From positions 4,751-68,750 of the forward strand of contig JAOMAI010000002.1 of NCBI GenBank assembly GCA_028344155.1: DNA of 64,000 nucleotides, given 5' to 3'. Origin of the DNA: Candidatus Nitrosopelagicus sp. GTDB lineage: Archaea; Thermoproteota; Nitrososphaeria; Nitrososphaerales; Nitrosopumilaceae. The notes below the pieces were generated by a model, which ran no database searches, had not been told where the DNA came from, and saw nothing but the letters and a program-made list of their open reading frames with translations. The position numbers and the translations under genes are program-made. Positions 32,357 to 41,829 of the stretch are shown here, piece by piece (position 1 is the first letter of the stretch; each line of letters starts with the position of its first letter).

Positions 32357-32778
32357 ACAATCTTTGCAACAATTCGAAGTATCGTCATCATGTGTAACTT
32401 CATAAACTCCTCGTACGTTGTCTCCTCGCCGTAAGGATATGCAACGTCCTCCCCGTCTGCTGCAAAAGTTACCGACATGTCAGGAGAGTGCATGTACATA
32501 TTTGACACCGCGGTCTGCATATTCTTTAGCGCCAAAAGCGGTGTTGTTTCTGCTTCGCCGATAACACCATCGCCAACAAGAGACTTTAGCGCTACAGGAT
32601 AGTCACCGTCAATGGAATCGGCGCGCTCGCGCACTGCCTGCTCTGCAAGAACCGAAAGTGTAAGAAATGATGCAAAGTGGTTGCCGGATTCATGCGATTC
32701 CCTCATCTGCCTGAACAGCCAGGAGCGCATTTGGTCTCCTTGGCATATAACGTCTCCAAGGTTTTCAATTTCTATCAC
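32353..32778 (-). CDS. Hypothetical helical protein (possibly degenerate HEPN-like)
   Basis: 141 aa ORF overlapping the nuclease start by 4 nt. Confidence 0.55.
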   Translation of the reverse strand: MIEIENLGDVICQGDQMRSWLFRQMRESHESGNHFASFLTLSVLAEQAVRERADSIDGDYPVALKSLVGDGVIGEAETTPLLALKNMQTAVSNMYMHSPDMSVTFAADGEDVAYPYGEETTYEEFMKLHMMTILRIVAKIV

Positions 32779-32842
32779 GGATCATAAAGGCGTTAAACAG
32801 TTATGAACATTTCCCCTGTGTGAATAAAGCTTATTTTCAAGC

Positions 32843-33436
32843 ATGATGATTAATGGCATGGCGAGTTTGCCAAAGGTTCAGGACAGTGCAAATACATCAG
32901 TGAGAGCATTTTTGAATCAAGTTACAAAAGATTATGGGCATATGTTTGATCCTAGAATGAAGACAGCAAAAGGAAAGAAAGTTTCAAACGATGATAAAAA
33001 AGAATGGGAACGAGTAAAAAAAAAATTCAAGGGAAAATGTGCATATTGTGCAAAAAAATTGGATGATAAAAGTACTCAGAAGGAACATCTTAAAGGATTA
33101 AACCGTGAAGAGTGTGGATTACATCACATTGGTAACATAGTGCCATGCTGTGCATCATGCAATAAACGTGAAAAGGTTAATGGAAAATCTGTAGACTGGA
33201 AGAAACAATTGAAAATAATTTGCAATAATAATCAGATTTCAAAAAAAGAAATGAAGAAAAGAGAAAGGGAAATTTCAAATCATATGAAACAGCATAATCT
33301 TCCAAAAATACCTCCAGCCCAGCAAAAAATGATTCAGAAAATAGCAGAGAATCTTTACACGCAAACAAAGTACGTTGGGGAGAACATGATTAAGATGTGG
33401 GACGACTTGAAGCCAGACAAATTAAAATCAAAATAG
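32843..33436 (+). CDS. HNH endonuclease
   Basis: CAYC...EHL...GLHHIGNIVPCCASCN. Confidence 0.88.
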   Translation: MMINGMASLPKVQDSANTSVRAFLNQVTKDYGHMFDPRMKTAKGKKVSNDDKKEWERVKKKFKGKCAYCAKKLDDKSTQKEHLKGLNREECGLHHIGNIVPCCASCNKREKVNGKSVDWKKQLKIICNNNQISKKEMKKREREISNHMKQHNLPKIPPAQQKMIQKIAENLYTQTKYVGENMIKMWDDLKPDKLKSK

Positions 33437-33437
33437 A

Positions 33438-33833
33438 CTAGTTTATTTTTCGCAAAATCTTTCGCATGCACTTTTCGGGATTCCTCTTGATGTCGTGCTC
33501 CCATATTCTTAGGACTGACCACCCCTCCCTGCGCAGCTTTCGCGAAACCTTCCTGTCGCGACGCATGTTTCCCTCTATCTTGTCGCGCCAGTACTTTTTT
33601 GGCGGTCGCTTTTTTTCCGCGTACCTGTACCCGTGCCAAAAGTCGCCGTCGCAGAAGACAAGAATGTTCTTTCCGACCTGAAAGTCGGGCTTTCCGTACA
33701 GTTCCGGATACATTTCAAACCTTATCTTGGCGTCGGACAGCATGTCGCGCATTGCAATGTCGATGGATGTGTTCTTTGAGCGGATTCGAGACATCACCCA
33801 GCTGCGCTTTTTCCTAGAGAAAACGTCTGCCAT
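33438..33833 (-). CDS. vsr: Very short patch repair endonuclease
   Basis: MADVFS..KRSWVMSRIRSKNT, GKPDF, FCDGDFWHG, NMRRD, GWSVLRIWEH. Confidence 0.93.
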   Translation of the reverse strand: MADVFSRKKRSWVMSRIRSKNTSIDIAMRDMLSDAKIRFEMYPELYGKPDFQVGKNILVFCDGDFWHGYRYAEKKRPPKKYWRDKIEGNMRRDRKVSRKLRREGWSVLRIWEHDIKRNPEKCMRKILRKIN

Positions 33834-33877
33834 GAATCTTGGTGCGGAATCTTTTTTTTAAGAATGCCGAATTTGGT

Positions 33878-34399
33878 TTACTCGTCGTCGCATGGAGTTG
33901 AAAACATTCCATGGCAGTCTTTGAGGCGCTTGGCCGTCTCCTCTATCGAGAGTTTCAGCTTTTCCAGGCTGTCCTCGGCAAGCTGGAGGTTGATGTTCCT
34001 GTTGTCATCTTCGTCTTCTGCATCATCGTTTTGAAGGTTGTTTATTAAATCCTCATAGCATCTATCGTATTCTGCATAGGTGTCGTCTAGCGTTTTAACG
34101 AGTTCTGCAAGTTTTCGGTCAAGAGAAATTCCAACCGGAACCGGCTTCCTTTCATCATCGCTTTGCAGTTGATTTACGACAAAAATTGCATCTTTTACCG
34201 TAGGATCTAAAGTGGTGTTTTGTGGATCCGGCGTTCCAGTAGGCCGGTGGGAGTTTTCATTTATCTGCTTTAGCGCCTCTTCTAGAAAATGCTGAGCGTG
34301 AGGTGCACGGTATTGAAACACCCCACATTCTGGACACCGATGAAATGTTTTATTGCATTCGGGGTTTACGCATCGGTCAATCCCATCACCGCCGTACAT
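33878..34399 (-). CDS. Hypothetical protein with N-terminal Zn ribbon and acidic coiled coil
   Basis: CVNPEC...CPEC; 4-nt gap after the helicase stop. Confidence 0.6.
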   Translation of the reverse strand: MYGGDGIDRCVNPECNKTFHRCPECGVFQYRAPHAQHFLEEALKQINENSHRPTGTPDPQNTTLDPTVKDAIFVVNQLQSDDERKPVPVGISLDRKLAELVKTLDDTYAEYDRCYEDLINNLQNDDAEDEDDNRNINLQLAEDSLEKLKLSIEETAKRLKDCHGMFSTPCDDE

Positions 34400-34403
34400 T
34401 GGT

Positions 34404-37145
34404 CTATTTTATCCCCAAGCTTGCAAGCTTGTCCTTGATAATTCCCTGGATTGGCTGCTCGTCATCGTCGTCTTTTTCCTGAGCCAGCTCCGTTAGGAAG
34501 TCGTTGGGCTTGTTTCGCCATGCAAGAACCCTTTGGAGGTGTTTTTCAAATGTCGAATAGACGCTGGAACGTTGGCCGTAAACCATGTCCGATTCAAACT
34601 TGTTGGTCCTTATGCCTCCCCTTAGTGCAAGCCAGATGAGGCATGTCGTTATTTTCTCTTCAGGGATTTTGTCTTTCTGCTTTGAATACATTTTTTTGTA
34701 AACTGCCAGCTGCCTTTTGTAGACAGGCTCATTGTTTGATTTGCTTCGGTTTGTCTTCCAGTCCACAAGAATAATTCCATCGTCATGCTCAAAGACTGCG
34801 TCAATGTAGCCTGAAAAGTAAAGTCCGTCCTTTTTTGTATAATTTGTCATGTCGCTCATCACAGCTGTGACATACTTTTCAGATTCTTTGAATTTGAAGC
34901 CCGGATATGTTTTCTCTAAAACTTTTAAGCACGCCATTGCATTTTTGATTGCCTTTAGCTCGTCATCCTTGTAGTCTGAAGGCTTTGCTTTTTTGATCAG
35001 GATTTTTTGTATTGCCTTGTGGACGTTGTCTCCAAGCTCTGTTCCTCCTGCACCGCCGCCTGATCCTCCGCCGTCGTATGGGATGTGGAGTATGCTTTTC
35101 TTTAGAAAAACATACGGAGACGTTTGAATTGCAGACCAGTAAAAGTGGTCTACGTTTTTGAAGTACTGTGCAATAAGATCCTTAATCCAGGTTTCCTTTT
35201 TCTTCATGTGCTTTTGAGACTCTTTGAGCTTGCCTGCTACAAACATCGAGTACGCCTCTGTAAGGCGGGAGTTCATCGACGCAACTGTAATTTTTTCCTC
35301 TTCCTTCGAGTCTGTTTCAAAGTCGGAAAGCTTGTCCTGGTAGTACATTCCCAGGTATGTGTCGTCGGTAATGACGAACAGTTTTTCTTTTGCCCGAGTC
35401 ATTGCAACAAAGTCCATTCTGAATGGCTCTTCCAAGACTTCGTCCTTGACGTCTACGCCCAAGGCCTTGAAGACTGACGTGCTGATGACGTCAACAAAGC
35501 TTTCCTTTACGTCGACTATCTTTGGAATGTAGATTGCAACGTCAAATTCCCTGCCTTTTGCCTTGTGAATGGTTGTGATTGTCACGCCGGATTTTTGGTC
35601 ACGGTCAGGATATTCCTGCTCTCCTATTGCAATAAAGTCAAAGAGTCCCTCAAAGGTTGGATTTTGCAGCAGCAGGTACTCGTCAATCTGCTCTTTTACA
35701 GACACTGCAGTAGCAAACCATTCGGAGCCCTTTGAGATGCAGACAGGCAGAATGGTGTCAGCAAATATTTTATTCAAATCATCCCTGTGTAGTTTGATTT
35801 TCCACGAGTCGAGTTTTGGAATGCTCTTAACGCCTTTCTTGCTTGCCTCAACAGAAAATCCGAATGCTTCTTGCAGGGAAAATGTGGAAAATACGGAAAA
35901 TGCGGCCGAAACCTTGTGTGGCATGCTGTCTGACAAAATGCCTTTGACGAAGCTGATTAGATCAACTCGCGCCTCCTGGGTGGTTGCCTGCGACGTCGTT
36001 GTAGTGTAGGGAATGTTTTTTGCATCAAGGTATTTTGAAATTTGGATTACCTGCTTGTTGGTTCTGGCAATAACGCCTATGCTCTTTTTGGGATTTGCTT
36101 TGATTAGTTCTACAGTTTTTCCAAAGGGAGCCTTGGTGGAAAATATCTTTGGGAGCGGTCCGTTGTCCTTTGAAGTGAAATTTTTCAGCTCTTTTTTGTA
36201 TTTTGTTTTTTGTTCAGTGTGCATAATGAAAAAATTTTTTGAATAGTTTAGTATTTCCTGCGTGCTTCGCCTGTTGGTGGACAGCAGCATTGGCTTGCAT
36301 TGTTTCTCAAACTTTTGAAAGTTTTTGATTGAACCGCCTTGAAATCCAAATATGGCCTGCTTTGAATCGCCTACGAGAAACAGGTTTTTTGAAATCTTTC
36401 TGACTATTTCGGCCTGAAGCTCGTTCATGTCCTGCATCTCATCTACCAGGACATGCTCGTATTTTTCCCCCTTGTGCTTGTCGATAAACATAAGCATCAT
36501 GTCTGCAAAGTCTATCTCGCCGTCGTTTTTCCTGCTTTCATAATGCTTGTATGCATCCACAAAATATTTTACAAAAGCTTTGAGGTCGTCCTTGGAATAT
36601 GCAGGCGTTGGCGTATAGTCTGTCTGTATTATGGACTGTGTTTTCTTTATGTTGATTTTGTCATAGGTTATGCCAAATGTTTTCATGTGCCGGATTGCGC
36701 TTTCTATTTTTCCTATTAGACGCTCAATGATGTATTTTTTCTCGTAGTGCAGCGCCTTGTTTTCAATAAAACTCTCAAGAACGCTGTACCTTAGCAGGTT
36801 GTTTCCAACCACGTCGCCAGATGTGAGCCCGGCATCGGACAAATAGTTGCTTGCAAAGCCGTGAAAGGTGTTTACATTCACCCGTATCATTACAGACTCG
36901 GGATACTTTCCCCTCGCCATTTCGTAAAGCTTGTCTTGCATTTCCTTTTTTGCCTTTGTTGTAAATGTCAGACACATGATTTCTTCCGGCTCCACATGGG
37001 AATCAAGCAGGTCAAGAACCTTGAAAGCTAGAGTGGTGGTTTTTCCGGTTCCCGGGTTTGAAATTACTATTGTGTCTTTTTTTACTGCAAGAATTGCTTT
37101 TTGTTCTTTGGATGGAGGAAAATGTCCTGGATTGGATTTGGCCAT
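34404..37145 (-). CDS. UvrD/Rep SF1 helicase fused to a PD-(D/E)XK (RecB/AddA-like) nuclease
   Basis: PGTGKT, LTFT, VDEMQD, VGDSKQAIFGFQG, TIHKAKGREF, VAMTRAK; C-terminal GYIDAV...VDWKT...QLAVY. Confidence 0.9.
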   Translation of the reverse strand: MAKSNPGHFPPSKEQKAILAVKKDTIVISNPGTGKTTTLAFKVLDLLDSHVEPEEIMCLTFTTKAKKEMQDKLYEMARGKYPESVMIRVNVNTFHGFASNYLSDAGLTSGDVVGNNLLRYSVLESFIENKALHYEKKYIIERLIGKIESAIRHMKTFGITYDKINIKKTQSIIQTDYTPTPAYSKDDLKAFVKYFVDAYKHYESRKNDGEIDFADMMLMFIDKHKGEKYEHVLVDEMQDMNELQAEIVRKISKNLFLVGDSKQAIFGFQGGSIKNFQKFEKQCKPMLLSTNRRSTQEILNYSKNFFIMHTEQKTKYKKELKNFTSKDNGPLPKIFSTKAPFGKTVELIKANPKKSIGVIARTNKQVIQISKYLDAKNIPYTTTTSQATTQEARVDLISFVKGILSDSMPHKVSAAFSVFSTFSLQEAFGFSVEASKKGVKSIPKLDSWKIKLHRDDLNKIFADTILPVCISKGSEWFATAVSVKEQIDEYLLLQNPTFEGLFDFIAIGEQEYPDRDQKSGVTITTIHKAKGREFDVAIYIPKIVDVKESFVDVISTSVFKALGVDVKDEVLEEPFRMDFVAMTRAKEKLFVITDDTYLGMYYQDKLSDFETDSKEEEKITVASMNSRLTEAYSMFVAGKLKESQKHMKKKETWIKDLIAQYFKNVDHFYWSAIQTSPYVFLKKSILHIPYDGGGSGGGAGGTELGDNVHKAIQKILIKKAKPSDYKDDELKAIKNAMACLKVLEKTYPGFKFKESEKYVTAVMSDMTNYTKKDGLYFSGYIDAVFEHDDGIILVDWKTNRSKSNNEPVYKRQLAVYKKMYSKQKDKIPEEKITTCLIWLALRGGIRTNKFESDMVYGQRSSVYSTFEKHLQRVLAWRNKPNDFLTELAQEKDDDDEQPIQGIIKDKLASLGIK

Positions 37146-37168
37146 GATCTGGTATGATCAATTGCGAT

Positions 37169-37957
37169 TTAAGTTTGGATCTTTGAAATTACAGAGTTTA
37201 ATTTTCTTCTTAATTCACCATCTTCTGAGTAATCAGGCTTGAAGGAGTCCATCTTTCTGTAGCGCATTTCATATTCCCAGTTTTTTGACCATTCATCCTT
37301 GGAATCGATTGCGATGGATGTTCCGCCCAGCTTTTCAATCATTGAAAAGCAGGGAATGTCGCTAGGCCCGTCTCCCAGGTAAATCATGTTTTCAAATGGA
37401 ATTCTCCTTTCCGATTCAGAAATAAAATTATTTACGTCATAAGGTTTTTCTCGTATTTTTGAAGTAATTCCTTTGTTAATTGCAAAGATGAACTTTGTTT
37501 TTTCTGTAAACGTAATGCTGGACTTTATTCCTGCAATGATTCCATCTTTTTCGTATAATCTTCCGCCAAAAATATCTGTAAATGAATTTGCAATCTTTGA
37601 ACCCTTCATCATGGATTCAATTCCAGAAGATACTACAAATCCTTCAACTGAAACGTCCGAGTCAGTTCCCAGTTTGGAATTAATTTCATTAATGAAAGTA
37701 TCAGAACCTGGATAGACATCAACTGATGCGGAAAATTCTGCTAATTTTTCATTTGTGTTTTGTTTTATTTTTTCATCTTGAATCAGTTTGATTAGTTTTG
37801 TCATCCATGCAATGGGAGGATCCCATCCATCCCTTACTAAAAGATCTATGTCATCCCAAAAATCTTGAGGCTCTATTTCATTGTCTTTGAGTAACAAACT
37901 TGGCAAGTCAGGCATTAGGGTATTATCACAATCGCAAATTATTGCAATGTTTTTCAT
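37169..37957 (-). CDS. HAD-superfamily hydrolase
   Basis: DCDNTL motif I, VSSG motif II, YLGDGPSDIPCF motif IV. Confidence 0.85.
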   Translation of the reverse strand: MKNIAIICDCDNTLMPDLPSLLLKDNEIEPQDFWDDIDLLVRDGWDPPIAWMTKLIKLIQDEKIKQNTNEKLAEFSASVDVYPGSDTFINEINSKLGTDSDVSVEGFVVSSGIESMMKGSKIANSFTDIFGGRLYEKDGIIAGIKSSITFTEKTKFIFAINKGITSKIREKPYDVNNFISESERRIPFENMIYLGDGPSDIPCFSMIEKLGGTSIAIDSKDEWSKNWEYEMRYRKMDSFKPDYSEDGELRRKLNSVISKIQT

Positions 37958-38030
37958 TGAAAATAATAGGTATCTCTAGTATCTAAGATATCATGTTGTA
38001 TCTTAACTTCATCAGCATCCTAGTAGAAAT

Positions 38031-38339
38031 ATGGAAACCAAAACAAAATCACCATATTTTGAAGGAAAGGTCAAAGACGACGTTCCCAAAATAGGCATTA
38101 ACGACGAGGGCAAATTTGTCAAGCAGTTTGAAGAAGCTGCAGATAAGGCAATGACCAGGTCAAAAATAGTTGAAATTCGGTTCATCGGGGTTGAATTTGA
38201 CTACAAAAAAGTCAGAATTGGCCAGGATATCGTGAATAGAACTCTTGCAGAGGGATTTCAGCCACTAAAAGACATCATAACTGAAAGCGGGCTGGTATTG
38301 ATCATGGTCAAAAGAGACGAAGAAAGTTGTCCCATCTAA
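38031..38339 (+). CDS. Hypothetical protein
   Basis: 102 aa ORF with ATG start, overlapping the next ORF. Confidence 0.6.
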   Translation: METKTKSPYFEGKVKDDVPKIGINDEGKFVKQFEEAADKAMTRSKIVEIRFIGVEFDYKKVRIGQDIVNRTLAEGFQPLKDIITESGLVLIMVKRDEESCPI

Positions 38340-38578
38340 GACTGGGCAAAAAAGACTCAAAGGCAAGATCCCTTGCCGAGTCAGCCTTTGACATTTTTAC
38401 AGGCTATGTGATGTACATACCAATCAACTACTTTGTTTTGCCGCTATTCATAGATACAATACAAAACCAGGAAATTTTTGGACTAATGCAGATTAGCGCT
38501 TTGTTTACGTGCGTGGCATTGTTAAGAAAATATACAATACGCAGATGGTTTGAAAAAAGACGGTTGAAAAAGTCCTAA
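38327..38578 (+). CDS. Small membrane protein (two TM helices)
   Basis: SK.RSL.ES N-terminus, two hydrophobic segments, LRKYTIRRWF. Confidence 0.65.
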   Translation: MSHLRLGKKDSKARSLAESAFDIFTGYVMYIPINYFVLPLFIDTIQNQEIFGLMQISALFTCVALLRKYTIRRWFEKRRLKKS

Positions 38579-39372
38579 GGCGTCATTTCATATACAAATG
38601 CCATGCCATCAGTTGTTAGTCCAACAAAGTAGCTTTGGCCTCGCTTGTTAATATCGATATAATCCCAGTCAGTAACCAACTTTTGTATAATGTTTTTATC
38701 AAGAGCAGTCAGTACGTTTCCGGTTGAAGGCAGGAGGTTTTGTTTGATACATTCGCCTGCCAAATCTTTTTTTCTCATTGAACCCCAATTATGCTCTCCT
38801 TTTTGGAGTTTATGTTCATCATAACAAGGAAAAGTACAGGCTCCTCTTTGTTTAAGACTATTATCATAAAGTATAATCAATGTTGAAAGAAGTCTACCAC
38901 TTGGTAATACCATATTTCTTTTTGGAATTTCTTTTGTGTCTTTTACACCAACTGATAATTGTTGTTTACCTGGTTTAAATCCCTCATACTTCTCAGATTC
39001 AGCATAAAATTCAGTTATGCCTTCTTGATCATCTAATGTCATTATTGCTCTATCAAGAGCTATGGCATGTGTTTTAGAACCACTTGAAATATTTATAAAA
39101 ATTTCATTACCAGACAACTGTAAAATTAATTTTCTTGCGGCTTTAGTAATTGATTCTACATCTCTCCAGTTTACTTGAACCTTTTCTGATTCAATTTTAT
39201 TTTTTTTTAATTCGCTGATGACACGATCAATGTACGGACCTGCCTTGTCTTCATTTTTATTATTGTGTACTAAAAGATAGACCTTGTCTGCTTTATTCAC
39301 AGTTGCAGGTATGACAATTCTATCAACCTCAAATCCAACAGGTGCAATGTGAATACGTTTTTTATACTTCAT
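38575..39372 (-). CDS. DUF6293/HFX_2341-like regulator: CARF-like Rossmann domain plus wHTH
   Basis: RIHIAPVGFEVDRI, ADKVYLL, IFINISSGSK; C-terminal wing KRGQSYFVGLTTDG. Confidence 0.75.
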   Translation of the reverse strand: MKYKKRIHIAPVGFEVDRIVIPATVNKADKVYLLVHNNKNEDKAGPYIDRVISELKKNKIESEKVQVNWRDVESITKAARKLILQLSGNEIFINISSGSKTHAIALDRAIMTLDDQEGITEFYAESEKYEGFKPGKQQLSVGVKDTKEIPKRNMVLPSGRLLSTLIILYDNSLKQRGACTFPCYDEHKLQKGEHNWGSMRKKDLAGECIKQNLLPSTGNVLTALDKNIIQKLVTDWDYIDINKRGQSYFVGLTTDGMAFVYEMTP

Positions 39373-39605
39373 ATAGTATCTAAGTTATCCATAGTATCTA
39401 GCGAGTATTAAACTATCTGTTAAGGAGAAGCTATTTGGGGTATTTATGGTCATAAAATCAGATAATCGTGCTTGTTTATTCATTGTAGATCATATGGCCG
39501 ATCTTTCCAGTATAAATCATAGTATTCATAGTATGTTGACTATGCATACTAATATATTACAGTCTGTGGTAAACACTTTGGGGATGTTTATGGAGGAAAG
39601 AAAAA

Positions 39606-39755
39606 TTGCGTTGTAAAGTGTGTGAAAGAGTTGTACGTTATCCAAGTACTACATCAAAGAAGATACGGATGTGTGGTGTATGTCAAAAGAATAAAGAAAA
39701 GGATGGTGAAAGCATTTCAGTAATAATTAGAAACAGGGGTGCTGGTCATAACTAA
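39606..39755 (+). CDS. Small Zn-finger protein, 49 aa (not in ORF track)
   Basis: Hand translation from TTG: MRCKVCERVVRYPSTTSKKIRMCGVCQKN...; GGAGG upstream. Confidence 0.55.
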   Translation: MRCKVCERVVRYPSTTSKKIRMCGVCQKNKEKDGESISVIIRNRGAGHN

Positions 39756-40041
39756 AGAAAAGAAAGTTAAGAAAAAGGAATCAGGTGTAGAACCTGGTAA
39801 ATGTCCATGCGGTTGTGGAGAAGATCTAAAACCTAGAGATACACCATACTGGATAATTGATGATGGTGATGATGAATCAAAAAAACAAGTATTTGCTGAA
39901 GGTTGTCGTGAAGATGATAATCGTATAGCAAATGCACAAAGAGAATTACATTCTAGAATGACAGAAGAAGATCGGAGCAGAGCATTGAAGTGGGCTTCCT
40001 ACTATCAAGCGCTCCTGCAGGAGGATCATGAAGGTTGCTGA
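39739..40041 (+). CDS. Hypothetical protein (CPCGC); paralog of 44011..44295
   Basis: Shared C.ED..RI.NA...L.SR....R..A..W segment. Confidence 0.65.
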   Translation: MLVITKEKKVKKKESGVEPGKCPCGCGEDLKPRDTPYWIIDDGDDESKKQVFAEGCREDDNRIANAQRELHSRMTEEDRSRALKWASYYQALLQEDHEGC

Positions 40042-40062
40042 TAGATATGTTGGAGGTTCTTC

Positions 40063-40326
40063 TTGTCAAGTAATTGGTGGTTATTTTGGGGAACAGCATT
40101 TTGTTGTAGTGGGTTCCTTCTCCCATTAGGAGTAATAATACTGGTTTGGTATTTCATTGACTACATCTTCAAAAGTGGTGGTATTAACACCGGTAAACAG
40201 TACATCGATAATACCTACAATATTGCAAATGTGAATATTCGTCCAGGCCCAGATGTTTCAGATAAGGATGACTTTGACACACCGATGGATCACATGTCAA
40301 AAGAGTCCAGAGAGGAGATGAGATAA
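40063..40326 (+). CDS. Small membrane protein
   Basis: N-terminal hydrophobic segment; GGAGG upstream; stop overlaps the next ATG. Confidence 0.6.
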   Translation: MSSNWWLFWGTAFCCSGFLLPLGVIILVWYFIDYIFKSGGINTGKQYIDNTYNIANVNIRPGPDVSDKDDFDTPMDHMSKESREEMR

Positions 40327-41162
40327 TGATTAGAAAAATACCTGATGATTCAGATAGAAATTACGACATTGTCCATATGATAAAGAAGATTGCAATTGGA
40401 TTAGAATCAAAGAATGTGGATGATTTACAAGCAATAGCTCATGAACTTGAGGGTTGGGTGCCACATGGAAACTGGGGCAAGTTAGATGTCAAAACCAAGG
40501 TGTTTGTAGAGCACATTCTGATGGCATTAGGTAGAATCCAGTTAGGATTTGAGTTATTAGACAAAGGAGCAGGTGAGTTGACTGACATACGCCAGAAAAT
40601 GGAAAAAGATGAAATCCATGACCTGATGGATGAGGCAGATCACGAGGATGATTTCGAAAGAAAGATGGGGGAATTAGCAAGTGAATATCATGAAATAGTT
40701 GATGAGGCTCAGAAAATAACTACAGAAAACATAGATAGATTCACTCGAAGAAATCTAGACAGAGTCGATAGGAGAGAAAAGTTCACTTGTGAAAAATGTG
40801 GAATTGAAAAGAGAAGTAGTGCACCAGGTGTCAATAATCGTAAAGAAGTGGATGGTCATGTAATATGTGGAAGATGCTATAGAGCATTCAAAAATTGGTT
40901 TGAAAAGACGGACAGAAAATTAGATGAGTTTTGGGATGAAAATGTAAGAAAAGGAACTTGGGATGGAGGTCCAATTGATCCGTCAGTCAAAGAAGGCATA
41001 AGGAGACTAATGCGAGATTACAGCCTACCTAATGGTCAAATTGATTGGGACAAATTTCACAGGGCTAGAAAAAAAATGAAAGATCACAAGAAAGACAGAC
41101 GCAACAAAGAACGCTATAGAAAAGACGAGCTATCTGATGATGAAAAGGAGGATTTGAAATGA
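40326..41162 (+). CDS. Hypothetical protein with C4 Zn finger
   Basis: CEKC...CGRC; coupled at both ends. Confidence 0.7.
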   Translation: MIRKIPDDSDRNYDIVHMIKKIAIGLESKNVDDLQAIAHELEGWVPHGNWGKLDVKTKVFVEHILMALGRIQLGFELLDKGAGELTDIRQKMEKDEIHDLMDEADHEDDFERKMGELASEYHEIVDEAQKITTENIDRFTRRNLDRVDRREKFTCEKCGIEKRSSAPGVNNRKEVDGHVICGRCYRAFKNWFEKTDRKLDEFWDENVRKGTWDGGPIDPSVKEGIRRLMRDYSLPNGQIDWDKFHRARKKMKDHKKDRRNKERYRKDELSDDEKEDLK

Positions 41163-41353
41163 TCCACGGGATGGTTAATTTGACCACAAAGGATATGCAA
41201 ACCATACTTCTTTGGTACGAACTTTACTTCAAGAAGAAAAACAAACCAACACGAGCAGACATCAATACGTACACCAAGATCAAGGCGATGGCAATTGCTG
41301 AAAAAGAAGACGACGAAAAATTCAACAGGATTAGAATTGGAAGAAATGATTGA
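41159..41353 (+). CDS. Hypothetical protein
   Basis: ATGA overlap; GGAGG upstream. Confidence 0.6.
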   Translation: MIHGMVNLTTKDMQTILLWYELYFKKKNKPTRADINTYTKIKAMAIAEKEDDEKFNRIRIGRND

Positions 41354-41406
41354 ATTATGGTAATCAACTATTACAAAAACTCAGCAAACACAAAGGAGGT
41401 GGTAAA

Positions 41407-41829
41407 ATGAGTATGAAATGTATTACCTGTGATAAACAGGACACAGAACACAGCAAGAAGCTTTGGCAACTACACCAAAAGAAAAAACTCTGCGTGTTTT
41501 GTAACGAAGATAGTAGTCAGCACAGTGAAAGGCTGTGGGAAATACACGAAGAAGTTGTACCAAAGAACACAAAACTTGCTCCAATGCTACTAGGGCGTGG
41601 ACCAAGGGTACTAGCAAAGATTGTGAAATGGAATACCGTCAAAACAAACGGTAAAGATTCACCATATCACGTAGAATACGTTCCAATCTACATGCACTGT
41701 GGTGAATGTGGTACAGCACTAGGAAATGCAGAAGAAATGCTTGCAGACGTACTTGAAAAGACATGTCTTCAATGCTTTTGTGACATGACAGAACAGGAGT
41801 ACAAATGGTATGAAAGCCCAAGAGTATAA
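41407..41829 (+). CDS. Multi-Zn-finger protein; paralog of 45426..45875
   Basis: Two C-x2-C-x6-H-x3-LW-x2-H units plus CGEC...CLQC; start placed after GGAGGTGG (the track ORF begins at 41350). Confidence 0.75.
   Translation: MSMKCITCDKQDTEHSKKLWQLHQKKKLCVFCNEDSSQHSERLWEIHEEVVPKNTKLAPMLLGRGPRVLAKIVKWNTVKTNGKDSPYHVEYVPIYMHCGECGTALGNAEEMLADVLEKTCLQCFCDMTEQEYKWYESPRV

Noticed and set aside
34404-37145. Gabija or AddAB system
   Set aside because: No OLD/TOPRIM GajA and no AddB partner adjacent
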